A DNA stretch of 24,000 bases from Candidatus Woesearchaeota archaeon. GTDB taxonomy: Archaea > Nanobdellota > Nanobdellia > Woesearchaeales > WJKV01. Numbering within the stretch: position 1 is the first letter of the stretch; every line of letters starts with the position of its first letter. The notes under the pieces were generated by a model. That model saw only the letters and a program-made list of their open reading frames with translations. It made no database searches and was not told the DNA's origin. Position numbers and translations under genes: made by a program. Shown in pieces: positions 1 through 10,000 of this stretch. The DNA lies in contig WJKV01000011.1 in assembly GCA_014728875.1 (NCBI GenBank), positions 55 to 24,054 of the forward strand, given 5' to 3'.

Positions 1-379
1 GGCTAACGATTTCCTTTATTATTTTCAATGTCAATGAGCTGGGATTTTCCCTGTTGACAGGAAAACAGCCAAGCAGCCGGATCAGTTTGGAAAAGCCGAA
101 TTGTCTGCATAATCTGTGCGTGAACAGCTCTTCCCTTCCCATGTAGTGTGTCTTTCTTGAAAACGAATGGCCCAGCATGGGAGGATCGTATGCTGTCATG
201 TGGTTTGAATATATTACAAAGGGTCCTTCCCTTGGCACGTGCTTGCTGCCTTTCACATCAACATTCATCACAGCCCTGAAATATACAGTACAAAAAATCC
301 TTCCAAAATCATACAACGGCCCCCAATATCCGTATTCTCTTTCCTTGAAAAGATTAGAAAATTTCTCTTTTCCTGCCAT
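1..379 (-). CDS. PlsC/LPLAT-family acyltransferase (1-acyl-sn-glycerol-3-phosphate acyltransferase-like); N-terminal 126 aa only, gene continues past the window start
   Basis: Absent from the supplied ORF track because it runs off the window. My reverse-complement translation from the ATG at 379..377 is MAGKEKFSNLFKEREYGYWGPLYDFGRIFCTVYFRAVMNVDVKGSKHVPREGPFVIYSNHMTAYDPPMLGHSFSRKTHYMGREELFTHRLCRQFGFSKLIRLLGCFPVNRENPSSLTLKIIKEIVS, open to position 1. It contains acyltransferase block I NHxxxxD (NHMTAYD) and a block II-like GCFPVNRE at family-typical spacing. Confidence 0.7.
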   Translation of the reverse strand, partial: MAGKEKFSNLFKEREYGYWGPLYDFGRIFCTVYFRAVMNVDVKGSKHVPREGPFVIYSNHMTAYDPPMLGHSFSRKTHYMGREELFTHRLCRQFGFSKLIRLLGCFPVNRENPSSLTLKIIKEIVS

Positions 380-402
380 TCCTTGCTTGATGCGTTCGGC
401 GA

Positions 403-412
403 ATATATAAAA
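403..412 (-). promoter_or_regulatory. TATA-box-like element (ATATATAAAA) for the divergent acyltransferase gene
   Basis: AT-rich element about 25-30 nt upstream of the minus-strand ATG at 379, which fits an archaeal leaderless or short-leader transcript. Sequence pattern only. Confidence 0.3.
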
Positions 413-446
413 TTTATCGTGAGTTCATGCTCTTTAAACAATAACC

Positions 447-454
447 TTAATAAA
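447..454 (+). promoter_or_regulatory. TATA-box-like element (TTAATAAA) upstream of the RNase P subunit gene
   Basis: Lies 24-31 nt upstream of the ATG at 478, the expected archaeal TATA-to-start spacing for a near-leaderless mRNA. Confidence 0.3.
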
Positions 455-477
455 GGAAAATTCCCTTGCAGCCTAGT

Positions 478-1113
478 ATGATAGACATTGTCGTGCCCAA
501 GAACGATGAAAGTAAATTTGTGCAGATGGCAATCAAACTAGGTTATGACGGGCTTGTCTTTTTATATGATCAAAACAGCAAAAAGAGTCTAAGCAGCGCC
601 CTGGAATTAAAGGAAAAGGAAAAAAGAATAAAGATTTTTACAGCGTATGCTACAGACAAAAAGAGGAATCTGCCTAAAGTTGATTTGTTTTTGACTGCAA
701 ACAGCGATCGAAAATTCCTGAAAAAAGGTTTTGACATGGTATATGATACAGAGCTAAATATCCAGGATACTATGAAGCAGAGACAGGGAGGCCTTAATCA
801 AGTTTTGTGCAATCTGATGAAAGAAAACAAGGTTTCATACTGTATCTCTTTTTCTTCTTTTTTGAACTCTTCCAGGAGAGCTGACTTGATCGGCAAAATG
901 ATGCAGAATCTTCTATTGTGCCAGAAATACAATGTGAGAACTTGTATTGCCTCGTTCGCAAACAATGTGTTTGAGATGAAGAATCCAGAGGATCTGAAAG
1001 CATTCCTGGACCTGTTGGGAGCAAAAGACAGCAAGAAAGTCCTGTCACAGCTAAATAATATATTGGAACATAAGAAAAAGAGAATGCTGGCACCAGGAAT
1101 AGAACAGATTTAA
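478..1113 (+). CDS. rnp3: Ribonuclease P protein component 3 (Rpp30/Rnp3 family, TIM-barrel/PHP-like)
   Basis: The track ORF 466..1113 begins at a TTG. The first ATG (478) gives MIDIVVPKNDESKFVQMAIKLGYDGLVFLY. The C-terminal half, GLNQVLCNLMKENKVSYCISFSSFLNSSRRADLIGKMMQNLLLCQKYNVRTCIASFANNVFEMKNPEDLKAFLDLLG, follows the conserved archaeal Rpp30 pattern as I remember it (GIDHVLA..., then ...NPYDLRAFL...). Length of about 211 aa is typical. Confidence 0.72.
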   Translation: MIDIVVPKNDESKFVQMAIKLGYDGLVFLYDQNSKKSLSSALELKEKEKRIKIFTAYATDKKRNLPKVDLFLTANSDRKFLKKGFDMVYDTELNIQDTMKQRQGGLNQVLCNLMKENKVSYCISFSSFLNSSRRADLIGKMMQNLLLCQKYNVRTCIASFANNVFEMKNPEDLKAFLDLLGAKDSKKVLSQLNNILEHKKKRMLAPGIEQI

Positions 1114-1125
1114 TTCTGGTAAACA

Positions 1126-1133
1126 TTTATAAA
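1126..1133 (+). promoter_or_regulatory. TATA-box-like element TTTATAAA at the head of the surface locus
   Basis: Matches the archaeal TATA consensus TTTAWATA class. The ATG at 1175 follows 42 nt later, with a GAGGT Shine-Dalgarno-like motif at 1166..1170 between them. Confidence 0.4.
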
Positions 1134-1174
1134 GCAAAAGAAATTAATAGAAGTTATAACTGAAAGAGGTTGAA

Positions 1175-2377
1175 ATGCGCAGAAAAACACCATCTATGGG
1201 TACGATTCTCTTATTTTTGCTAATTTTATCAATAATGACAACATTATTAATTTCATCCTTTGCAGCTGCTGTCCAGAAAGCAGACTGGCTGGAATACAAG
1301 ACTGGCAACTGTTCTATGAGCGAATGCTTTCTTGATCCTACTGCGAGCGATAATGTGAGCGGTGACCAGCAGGAGTCTAAATGCAAGCCTGACGATTGGT
1401 ACAGCAAAGTCACTTTGATTGACGGTGTCTGGAGAGAGAATTACGACAACAACAGAGTGGCTGATCTGTACTGCGGGAACGGAAACTGGACGACAAGAAC
1501 CAGTTTTATCGCGCAGAAGATGCTTACCATACCTGCTGCAAACGAAGACTATGTGCTTTCCTGCGGGCCGCCCAGCGAGGTCCTTGTGGATCAAGGCATC
1601 GGAAAAAAAGCTTTTGATCCTACTGCCAGCAAAGAAAAAAGGTTCACGAACGAATATGATAGAAGTGTGTTCAACAGTCTGTGCATCTTATTGTACAAGG
1701 GCGATCTGATTGTAGGAACGAGCTTCAACGAGCTGGGAAACAATATAAACATTTCCTTGCAGAACCAGATACAGCTGGACGAGGCTTTGTATGAAGCATT
1801 CGACATTGACTCTGTTGATCTGTCAGGCTGTTCCGGGAGCACGAACAAGTACGATTTCAGGAGGTGCAGCATCAGTACCAGCGGCTCCAATCCAGAAATG
1901 TACTATAATAATTTCACCCAGTCTTTTATTTATACGCCGAACGGCGGGGATGTGCTGAGGCAGGGATTCATCTATAATTTATATGATCTGTTTATTACTC
2001 CAATCCTGAACCTGCTGGAGATAACTGACAGGACCTTGTTCGAGCTCAGTCCTGAGCCGTTAGAGGAAAGCAAGCTCTTCAAGAATCTCTACAGAAACAA
2101 GAACGGCAACAGACTTATTTCTGCTGTGATCGAACCCAAGCATTACAGCGGAAGAACAATAAATGAATATTTCACAGCATCCTATGTCGGTTTTTCAGAA
2201 GACATCTGTGAAAGCGTGGACATCTACGATGACAATGTCGCAGGCGGAATCATAATATGCAGGAAAGACGGAAACAGGCAGACCATCTTCACAGTGAGCA
2301 AGAGCAGCACTTTCATACAGAAGACAGTGCCTGTCAGTTTTGTGAAAGACATGACGCACGGGATGAGGCTGCAATAA
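1175..2377 (+). CDS. Secreted or N-terminally anchored hypothetical protein (Sec-type signal, Cys-containing)
   Basis: 400-aa ORF. N-terminus is MRRKTPSMGTILLFLLILSIMTTLLISSFAAA|VQK, a basic n-region, hydrophobic core and AxA-like site. GAGGT lies 5 nt upstream of the ATG. I recognise no catalytic motif. Confidence 0.75.
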   Translation: MRRKTPSMGTILLFLLILSIMTTLLISSFAAAVQKADWLEYKTGNCSMSECFLDPTASDNVSGDQQESKCKPDDWYSKVTLIDGVWRENYDNNRVADLYCGNGNWTTRTSFIAQKMLTIPAANEDYVLSCGPPSEVLVDQGIGKKAFDPTASKEKRFTNEYDRSVFNSLCILLYKGDLIVGTSFNELGNNINISLQNQIQLDEALYEAFDIDSVDLSGCSGSTNKYDFRRCSISTSGSNPEMYYNNFTQSFIYTPNGGDVLRQGFIYNLYDLFITPILNLLEITDRTLFELSPEPLEESKLFKNLYRNKNGNRLISAVIEPKHYSGRTINEYFTASYVGFSEDICESVDIYDDNVAGGIIICRKDGNRQTIFTVSKSSTFIQKTVPVSFVKDMTHGMRLQ

Positions 2378-2403
2378 AAACCGCAATAAAAAAGAGGAGT
2401 CAG

Positions 2404-3888
2404 ATGAAAAAAGGCCAAGTCACACTGTTCATCATCATCGGAATTATTATCCTGGTAGTATTCTTTTTCTTGTTCTACATAACCCAAAGGTTGACTCCTG
2501 GCGAGCAGGAAATGGAGCAGTTGACTGTCGCAAAAAGCAAGCTGAGGAGCGCGCCTCTGCGTTATTATGTCGAGAGCTGTATCCAGAAATCTTTTGAAGA
2601 GGGTCTGAACATGATTTCCCTGCAGGGAGGCAGGATATTTATGGAACAGCCGTACAGCACTCTGCCCTGTTCTGCTGACGGGCAGAACAGCTGCACACCG
2701 GCTTCAAAAGGAGGTAGTGTTAAAAAAATTATAGGAAACAAAGAGTATCATGTGAATTATCTGATAACCAAGAATCCTAACATTTTTCCTCAGCACCAAT
2801 ATCCCAGAGAGCCGTGCGTAAAAAATTTCAGCTGGCCGTACTGCAATTTCACTTATGACAAGGATGCTGCTGTCGAACCCAGGCTCGGCTGGAATTATCT
2901 TCCTCCGTTGAAAGCAAGCAAAGGGTCTATTGAAGCCCAGCTGGAAAATTATGTTGCTAAGAAAACAAACGACTGCATAGATTTCGGAGAAATAACCAAT
3001 ATAACCGGCATCCCCTACAGGATCGGGGAAGGTGACGCAGAAGTTGACATTGTTTTCACTGCGCAAGATACAAGAATTATTGTGGATCTGCCTTTGCAGA
3101 TAACAGGCGCCGGCATGCAGACTACTTCTGATGTTGAGCATTTTGAATTGTTGACGAAGATGAAGTATGAATATCTGCATACTTTCATTTTCAACCTGAT
3201 AAACGAAGAAATAGCAGACTTGAACTTCAGCATCTCAGAAGATTATACAGAACTTGACAGCTACAGGCAAGGTTATTCGCTCACGATAGAAAAGGATACA
3301 GAAGCAAGGACCGGCGATGACATGATAATTATATCCGATGATAATATCCAAATAGACGGCAAGCCGTTAAAGTTCCAGTTCGTGCGCGAAGATGTGCCGC
3401 CTGTTCTTAATTATGTGACAGACGGCAGTGCTCCTGGCTATGACGCAATCTGGCAGTTCCCGCCGGATCCCAGTGTGCAGACGATGACAAAGACAATAAG
3501 ACCGGGCGCGGTCGACATGAACGAAGATGAACCCAATTTTATATTCTCTTACAGAGGATGGGGAAGAGATTATTTTGAGATGTTTGTCGCAGGGCAATTG
3601 AAAAGATGGAATCCTGGCCAGAATGAAGGATGGCAGTTTAACCCGAGCAATGGCCGCGGATCCATTGTTGTAAACAGGACAAGGGATACGAATCCTCCCA
3701 AACATAATTTCACTATCCGGGTAAGCGACGGACAATTGTTTGATCAACAGACAGTGAGATTATTCGTGGTTAACATTCCAGGGATGCCGGGCGCGCCAAC
3801 TGTTCCGCCTGCACCTGCTGCGCCGCCGGCATCAGGATTTCCCAGCCTGCCGCCGCCACCGCCAGCACCGACCACTGGTTCCTCTTAG
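2404..3888 (+). CDS. Large class III signal-peptide (pilin-like) protein with a cadherin/Ig-like module and a Pro-rich C-terminal tail
   Basis: The track ORF starts at 2257, but that start overlaps the previous gene. The in-frame ATG at 2404 is preceded by GAGGAG (about 2394) and yields MKKG|QVTLFIIIGIIILVVFFFLFYI, a class III signal with G at -1 and Q at +1. Near the C-terminus, NFTIRVSDGQLFDQQTVRLFVVN resembles the last strands of cadherin-like/He_PIG Ig domains. The protein ends in PGMPGAPTVPPAPAAPPASGFPSLPPPPPAPTTGSS. Confidence 0.8.
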   Translation: MKKGQVTLFIIIGIIILVVFFFLFYITQRLTPGEQEMEQLTVAKSKLRSAPLRYYVESCIQKSFEEGLNMISLQGGRIFMEQPYSTLPCSADGQNSCTPASKGGSVKKIIGNKEYHVNYLITKNPNIFPQHQYPREPCVKNFSWPYCNFTYDKDAAVEPRLGWNYLPPLKASKGSIEAQLENYVAKKTNDCIDFGEITNITGIPYRIGEGDAEVDIVFTAQDTRIIVDLPLQITGAGMQTTSDVEHFELLTKMKYEYLHTFIFNLINEEIADLNFSISEDYTELDSYRQGYSLTIEKDTEARTGDDMIIISDDNIQIDGKPLKFQFVREDVPPVLNYVTDGSAPGYDAIWQFPPDPSVQTMTKTIRPGAVDMNEDEPNFIFSYRGWGRDYFEMFVAGQLKRWNPGQNEGWQFNPSNGRGSIVVNRTRDTNPPKHNFTIRVSDGQLFDQQTVRLFVVNIPGMPGAPTVPPAPAAPPASGFPSLPPPPPAPTTGSS

Positions 3889-3914
3889 ATTTCTATATGC
3901 AGATTACCACAAGA

Positions 3915-3946
3915 TTTATAAACTAAATTATGTTCAAATTATAAAA
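3915..3946 (+). promoter_or_regulatory. Two TATA-like elements (TTTATAAA 3915..3922; TTATAAAA 3939..3946) upstream of the giant gene
   Basis: They sit in the 87-nt intergenic gap before the ATG at 3976. The proximal one is 30 nt from the ATG. The distal one would leave a leader containing GAGAGGGTTGG. This suggests an internal promoter for the giant gene. Confidence 0.35.
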
Positions 3947-3975
3947 ATCGGGTTGAAAGAGAGGGTTGGATAGGT

Positions 3976-4071
3976 ATGAAGAAAAGAGGTGGAAAGAGTA
4001 GAGTATCAAGATCATTGTTTTTGATTTTTCTCTTCTCACTATTTGTAATTTCAGCCTGTTTTGTTTCTGCA
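3976..4071 (+). other. Sec-type signal peptide of the giant protein (32 aa)
   Basis: Basic n-region (KKRGGKSRVSR), hydrophobic core LFLIFLFSLFVI, and a small-residue site VSA|T. Confidence 0.6.
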
Positions 4072-7000
4072 ACCTGCTGCGTGAATGAGCAGACAAGCTT
4101 CACAAGCACTGCTGTTGATGTTACATGCATTGATAACCTGCCAAGCACACAGTGTTTCAGCGGTTTCTTTTCAAATGCTACAACATGCAAGGATGTCCAG
4201 CAATGCGGCTGTTGTGTCTGCAATTATGGCAGTGCGAATCCTACTGTTTATAAAGGAGGGGATTTGAGGGTCAGCAACAATTTCTGCGCAGCTTTCTGCG
4301 CTCCTTATTCTTATAATCTTATTCCTGGTCTTACAACCGCGTCCTGCAGCCAACAGGAAAATGCGACAGGAATCAGCGGTTATGTTTTTGACAGTGACGG
4401 AAATCCTGTTCACGGCGCACAGGTCACAGAGACAGGGGGAAGCAGTGATGTGACAGATGCGCAGGGCAAGTATAGCTTGTCAGTTTTCCAGCAGACAACA
4501 ACAGTCACCGCTTCAAAGGCGAATGTCCAGAACAACATAAATGTAAATGTCGCAACAAAAAAGACAGGGTGGAACATAACCCTCGATCTGGCAGCAGTGA
4601 GCGCAGATCTCGTCGGAAAGATAACGCCCCTGATAAGCGGTGTTCCGAGTCCGACCCCTTTGTCGAATGTTGTTGTGACTGTGACAGACGGCGTGAATCA
4701 GTTTGCTACAGAGACAGACGTTGCAGGCGAGTACGAATTCATCGCCATACCCATCTCAGACTATGCATTGACAGCCAACAGGTGCGGATTTTTCCCTGAA
4801 AGCGCGCAGGTCTCTGTAACTGCGCCATTGACAAGAAAAGACATCTCATTAAGAAGCGCGCCGCAGGAAACATTGACCGGCGTTGTAAAAGATTTGCAGA
4901 ACCGCCCAGTGAAAGATGCAGATATAGCAATAAGTCCCAAAAGGGGCATTGTCCAGAAAAGCGATGAGCAGGGGATCTATCGGGTGACTAATCTGGACAG
5001 CAATTGCCAGTATACTGTAACTGCTACAAAAGCCCCGCAGTATCAGGACAGCTCAAAAACAAAGAGCATATATGCGACAGATCCATTGACAACAAACACT
5101 CTGGATTTCGTCCTTGAGCCCAGTGTGATGTTTGATTTCTGTACAGATATTGGAGACTGCCGGGGCGAAGATCTCATTCTTGGAACGCCGGATGACTGCG
5201 GCTGTCCGCCCAACTATGTTTGCAATCAATTGACAGGAAACTGTGACAGGAAGCCGACAATCGACTGCTGCGATTATGATTTCCTGTGCCAGCCGCCGCA
5301 GGCCAGGAGCGGAGTCACTGCGCAATGCGGGAGCGAAAAAGAGACTTGCAGCAATGTGTGCGCTGAAATTATTAATTGTCCAGCAGATGAAAAACTGAGC
5401 AATCAGAATACGGACGGCGTCTGCAAATGCGCAGGAGAAACAGTGACCATACTTCAAAGCCTTGCAGACCAGTATGGTTTTGAGAATACAGCAGGCAAAT
5501 ACTGTTGTCCGTTTTCTCCTGTAAGCATCAGCGAAGTGCCGTGCGAATTCCAGCAGAAAGCTGCAATCGTCGGGATTGTTGTGAGCAGGATCGACGGAGA
5601 GCCAATAGACGCAACAGTAACTGCTGATCCCAATACTGCCGGAGAACAAAGCACGATGAGCAGTTCTGTTGACGGTTCATATGTCTTGTTTGTGGACCCA
5701 AATATAGACCATACCATTAATTTTAAACGGCCTCCGCTGTACGAGCCAGAGACAAGAGTTGTCAGGGCTGGGAACCTGGCAGTGGGCGAAACTTTCACTC
5801 TGGATGTCAGTCTTGGAATCGTCGCGCGCACCTGCGACTATCCTTCCACCCCAGAAGTTCCTGATTTTGTAGCTGAAAATGTAGTATGTAAGAACCAGGC
5901 AAGACTTACATGGAACAATGAGTATTGCAGGAATACAGATGGTGTGCAGTCTTTTATAATTACTGCAGATAATTTGAACAAGACCTATGTTGTAAGTCCT
6001 GACAACGACGAACTGATAATAAAAGATCTGGACTGGAACGAACTGTATTCCTTTTCCATACAAGCCAAGTATTCAGATCATAACAGTCCGAGGACGAGCC
6101 GGGCAGTGGCTGTTTCTGGTTTTGATCCTGGAGACGAGGAATGCGATGGCAGGTGCGACAGTGAAGAGTTTTGTCTGGACAATACAAAAAGAAGAATGTG
6201 CGACCAGAACAATCATGTTACTACTGACCTGCTTTCGCCCAACTATTTCCCCGACTGTGAACAGCACCAGCAGACAACAGGCAGCGATTATGCATTTGTC
6301 TGCATCGGCTCCGGCGCGAACAAAAGAACAAAATGCGTGGAACAGAGCAAGTGCGGTTTTGACCTTACAAATCCGGTGCCTTTCTTGGGCCTGCTTTTCA
6401 ACAGCCTCAAGTGTTCAAAGAACCCCGCGACCAAGAATGACAGGGGTTGCTATATGGACAGGTCCGGCAGCGTGAAAAATTTCTGTTATCCTTGTCCTGA
6501 TTCAGAAAACATAACATGTTCGGATTACAAGAGCAAATATGCATGCGAGCAAAACAAGTGTCTTGTGCCAGAAGACTGTATATGGTATTCTCCTGAATTT
6601 ACCGGCATGGGCGAGGGCTTCTGCGTCGACAGCGATACTTTGAGCAAGACAAAATACAAGCAAAGAGAACAGATGACTGTCAATCTTTTGAATGAAACAA
6701 TAAAGCAGAGCAAGTGCAGTCTTTGTTCCAAGCAGGGCAAGATCTTCAATAATGTTGGCTGCGAACAGGACGCATGCAGCAGGCTGGGCTTCTGCTATGC
6801 AGAACTTGACAATAAGAACATAAGCAGCTGCGTGCAGTGCAGTTTCACTCCGCCTGTCACCACTTGCAACGATTTCAAGACAGAAGAAAGTTGTATCAGT
6901 GCGACAGGTGAAAATCAAGAATTCGTTCTATTCTCTTCTTCTCTTCCGGAAAGTGCAAAATACAGCGATGATGCCTGCGGCATCGGAAGATGCATCTGGG

Positions 7001-10000
7001 ACGATCAAAGAAACGGATGTTACAAAGATGGTAACGGTGACGGTCAAGCAGATTGTGTCACTATTGAATTTGGCGTGGAAGCTTTCAACCCGATTTGTGA
7101 GCTTGACATAATTCCTCCAACCACCACGCCAAACAGTGACACATTAATATTAGGAAATGCCTCGGACAGGAACACTGTGAATTTCACAGTGTCTGAGGCC
7201 ATTTCTAATTTTTATTATTGCATATACAAGGAAGGAGGGACCAGGTGTTCTGTAATGAAGAAGATCAGCGGCACAAATTCCAACCGAGTCAAAGGAAATG
7301 TTGTTTCTGTACGGCCTGTGGAAGAGTTTAAGAATGCAATATACAAAGAAGGAAACTACAGGATAAGATATTATGCAGAAGATGCGAGCAAGAACAAGGA
7401 ACTGCTGAAAGAAGTGGCTGTCTTTGTCGATACTAAAAAACCGGGCATCACTATACAGAACCAGTCAGTCTGTGTCAACTGCGATCTTCAGATCGACTGC
7501 AGTGCAGAAGAAAGCTATCTTTCCAAACTGGTGTTGAGCATACAGAGCGATGAACTGGTTGCATGCAAAGCATATTTCATAGAGCCGGGGGACAGTCTCG
7601 AGACAACAACACAGAAATCAGACCTGATGATAGACATTGCAACCAGCGGCATTCTTTCTTATCCGAGGGCCGCAGGAGCCTCTGGCCTGGAAGACGGCAA
7701 TTACAGGCTTTATCTTCAGTGCGAAGATGTGGTGGGAAACGAATTCAAGAAACAGTATTTTTTTAAGATTGACCAGCTGAAAGGAATAAAAAATGTCAAG
7801 CCAGTCGGTCCCATTAAAAACACTGCCGTGCGGTTTGAAGCAGACACTGTCAAACCTTCTGACTGCACTATTTCTGTAGACGGAGGGAGCAGGATAAAGA
7901 TGGACCAGTTGGCCGGCGGCAGAAAGCACGCCCTGGAGAAGAACTTTGTAGAGAATAGTTATCATTATTATAACATAAGATGCGATGAGAAATACAGCAT
8001 AACACCTAACAGATGCGACAGCGAAAGGTACGAATTCTCGATAGATAATAGTGCGCCTGCAACTGTTGCCAGAATTAACGACAGACTCTTTGACGAAGAC
8101 GGCTGGACGATTTTCTTGACTGATCCTGCCATTCTAAAACTTTACTCTACAGATGAAAGCGTCAAACAAAACAGGATACAGTTCGGGGCGGACCATATAG
8201 CGTACTGTTATAGGGAGGATCTTCTGCCGTGCGTGCCAGGACAGAGTGTTAACAGCTACAGGGTTTTTGCAGACGCGCAGTCAGGGACAGCAGAGATAAA
8301 GATTCCTGTGGATAAGAATCTTAAGATGTGCTATCATGCGATCGACAAGGGCGGAAGAAAAGAAACAACCAAGTGCGGCAAGATCTTGTTCACTGTGCCT
8401 CCTTCTGTGGACCTAATTTCGCCTGTGAACGATTATGTGACCAATAAACTGCACATAACAGTGAATGCGACGCATGACGCAGATAATGCGACAGATCCGT
8501 TGATAACAACTTTCAACGGCGAGGATTTCATCGCGGTCGCAGCGCAATTAATCGACAGCCAAATCTACGGGATCTTGACATTCCTGTTCCCGGGCCTTAA
8601 CCGGGTAAGTGCAAGAGTCAGGGACGGTGCCGGCGTCTTCGGAGAAGATACTGTTAATGTGTATTACGACAAGGAAGGCCCTTCTATACAGATGACTTCT
8701 GACGAAGTGATCGAATACAACCAGCCGTTCTTGCTGAGCGCAGAGATCAAGGATCTAGAATGGACCTCCATAGACACTGCTGACAATATCGGGGAAGTGA
8801 CAGATGCCGTGGTCGCAATACAAAGCCCTGTCATGAGCAGGACATACAATATGACAAAACAAGGCTCTATGTGGAGCGCTTACATTGTGCCTTCTGTCGA
8901 TTCTGCAGGCTTTGCAGATTTCCTGCCCGGCAAATACAGCATTACCTTCAATGCAAAAGACGGTTTTGGCAATGAAAATTCAAAGCAGTACGAGATAGAG
9001 ATAAAGGATACGATTCCTGCAAACATCACTATAGATCTTCTGACGCCGAACATTCCTCTGCCTCCTTTCAGGGAAGAGGATGTTTTCTATACGAAAGAAA
9101 GGATGCCTGTCATCCGGGTAAGGACGACAGAGCCTGCAGAATGCCAACTAAGGATAAGTTCTATAGCTCCCACAATAACCGAAGACTTTGTCACAAACGA
9201 CAGCAGGACCCATCTTTTCAGCAGCCAGAACTTGCTGAGCTTCAGTCCTGGAAAAGAACAGAGGTTCAGCGCACAGATTGTATGCAGGGATCTTTTTGCG
9301 CAGACAACACAGGATACGAACATTGTGATAGATTATGATGATGTTGCTCCTAATCTGCAGATATTCAGCAGTGAAGGAAAAAATAAGATACACAAAAAAG
9401 GGACTGTCTACTTATTGTCAGAAAGGAATAATGTCGGAGATCTTTCAACGAGAATCTCTGTGACTGACGCCAGGAGAGGAGAGGAAATAAAGTGCGGTTT
9501 GAACTGTTCAAACAGGGGGAAAAGCTGCGGAACGCATCATCAGAATTCGGTGCTGCCTGTGCTGGGTGAAGACACTTTCAAGCGTGTGCAGGAAGAGATA
9601 ATAGATTATGACCTGGAGGTAGATAAGACAGGCGAGTTTAATTATTTGCTGACATGCACGGATAAAGCCAAAAATGCCGCATCCGGAGAATTTACCATTC
9701 TTGTTGAAAAAGAAGAACCGACAGTCAACCTCACTCTTCCTACTATCGGACCTGAGCCTGGAATAAACCTGCAAAGCGCAGACACTGGCTCGCCTGTGAT
9801 TGCAGACATTGGTGCCAGGACCATCTATAACAAGCTTGGCGTCATAGCCGACAGCCAGAGAGAAAACTACAAAAAATTCATCATAGTGGACGGCAAGTCA
9901 GGCAATACAATACCCGTACAATTGATTGCAGACGTGAGCGAGAGGACTGTCTGTAGGTACAGCACTTCTATGCAGGACTTCAACCAGATGCAGAACAGGT

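Noticed and set aside
466-477. Non-ATG starts used by the ORF track (TTG at 466; likewise GTG at 17354 and TTG at 19237)
   Set aside because: In each case a nearby in-frame ATG gives a more canonical N-terminus: MIDIVV for Rpp30, and a basic prepeptide for the pilin-like genes. The alternative starts cannot be excluded, especially 17354, but are less parsimonious.
177-481. Plus-strand track ORFs 177..410 and 239..481
   Set aside because: They lie antisense to, or overlap, the much better supported minus-strand acyltransferase N-terminus (NHxxxxD motif). Their sequences are low-information and one runs into the Rpp30 start, so they are shadow ORFs.
2257-2403. N-terminal 49-codon extension of the 2257..3888 track ORF
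   Set aside because: It overlaps the 3-prime end of the 1175..2377 gene and would bury the class III signal motif internally. The ATG at 2404 has a GAGGAG SD-like motif upstream.
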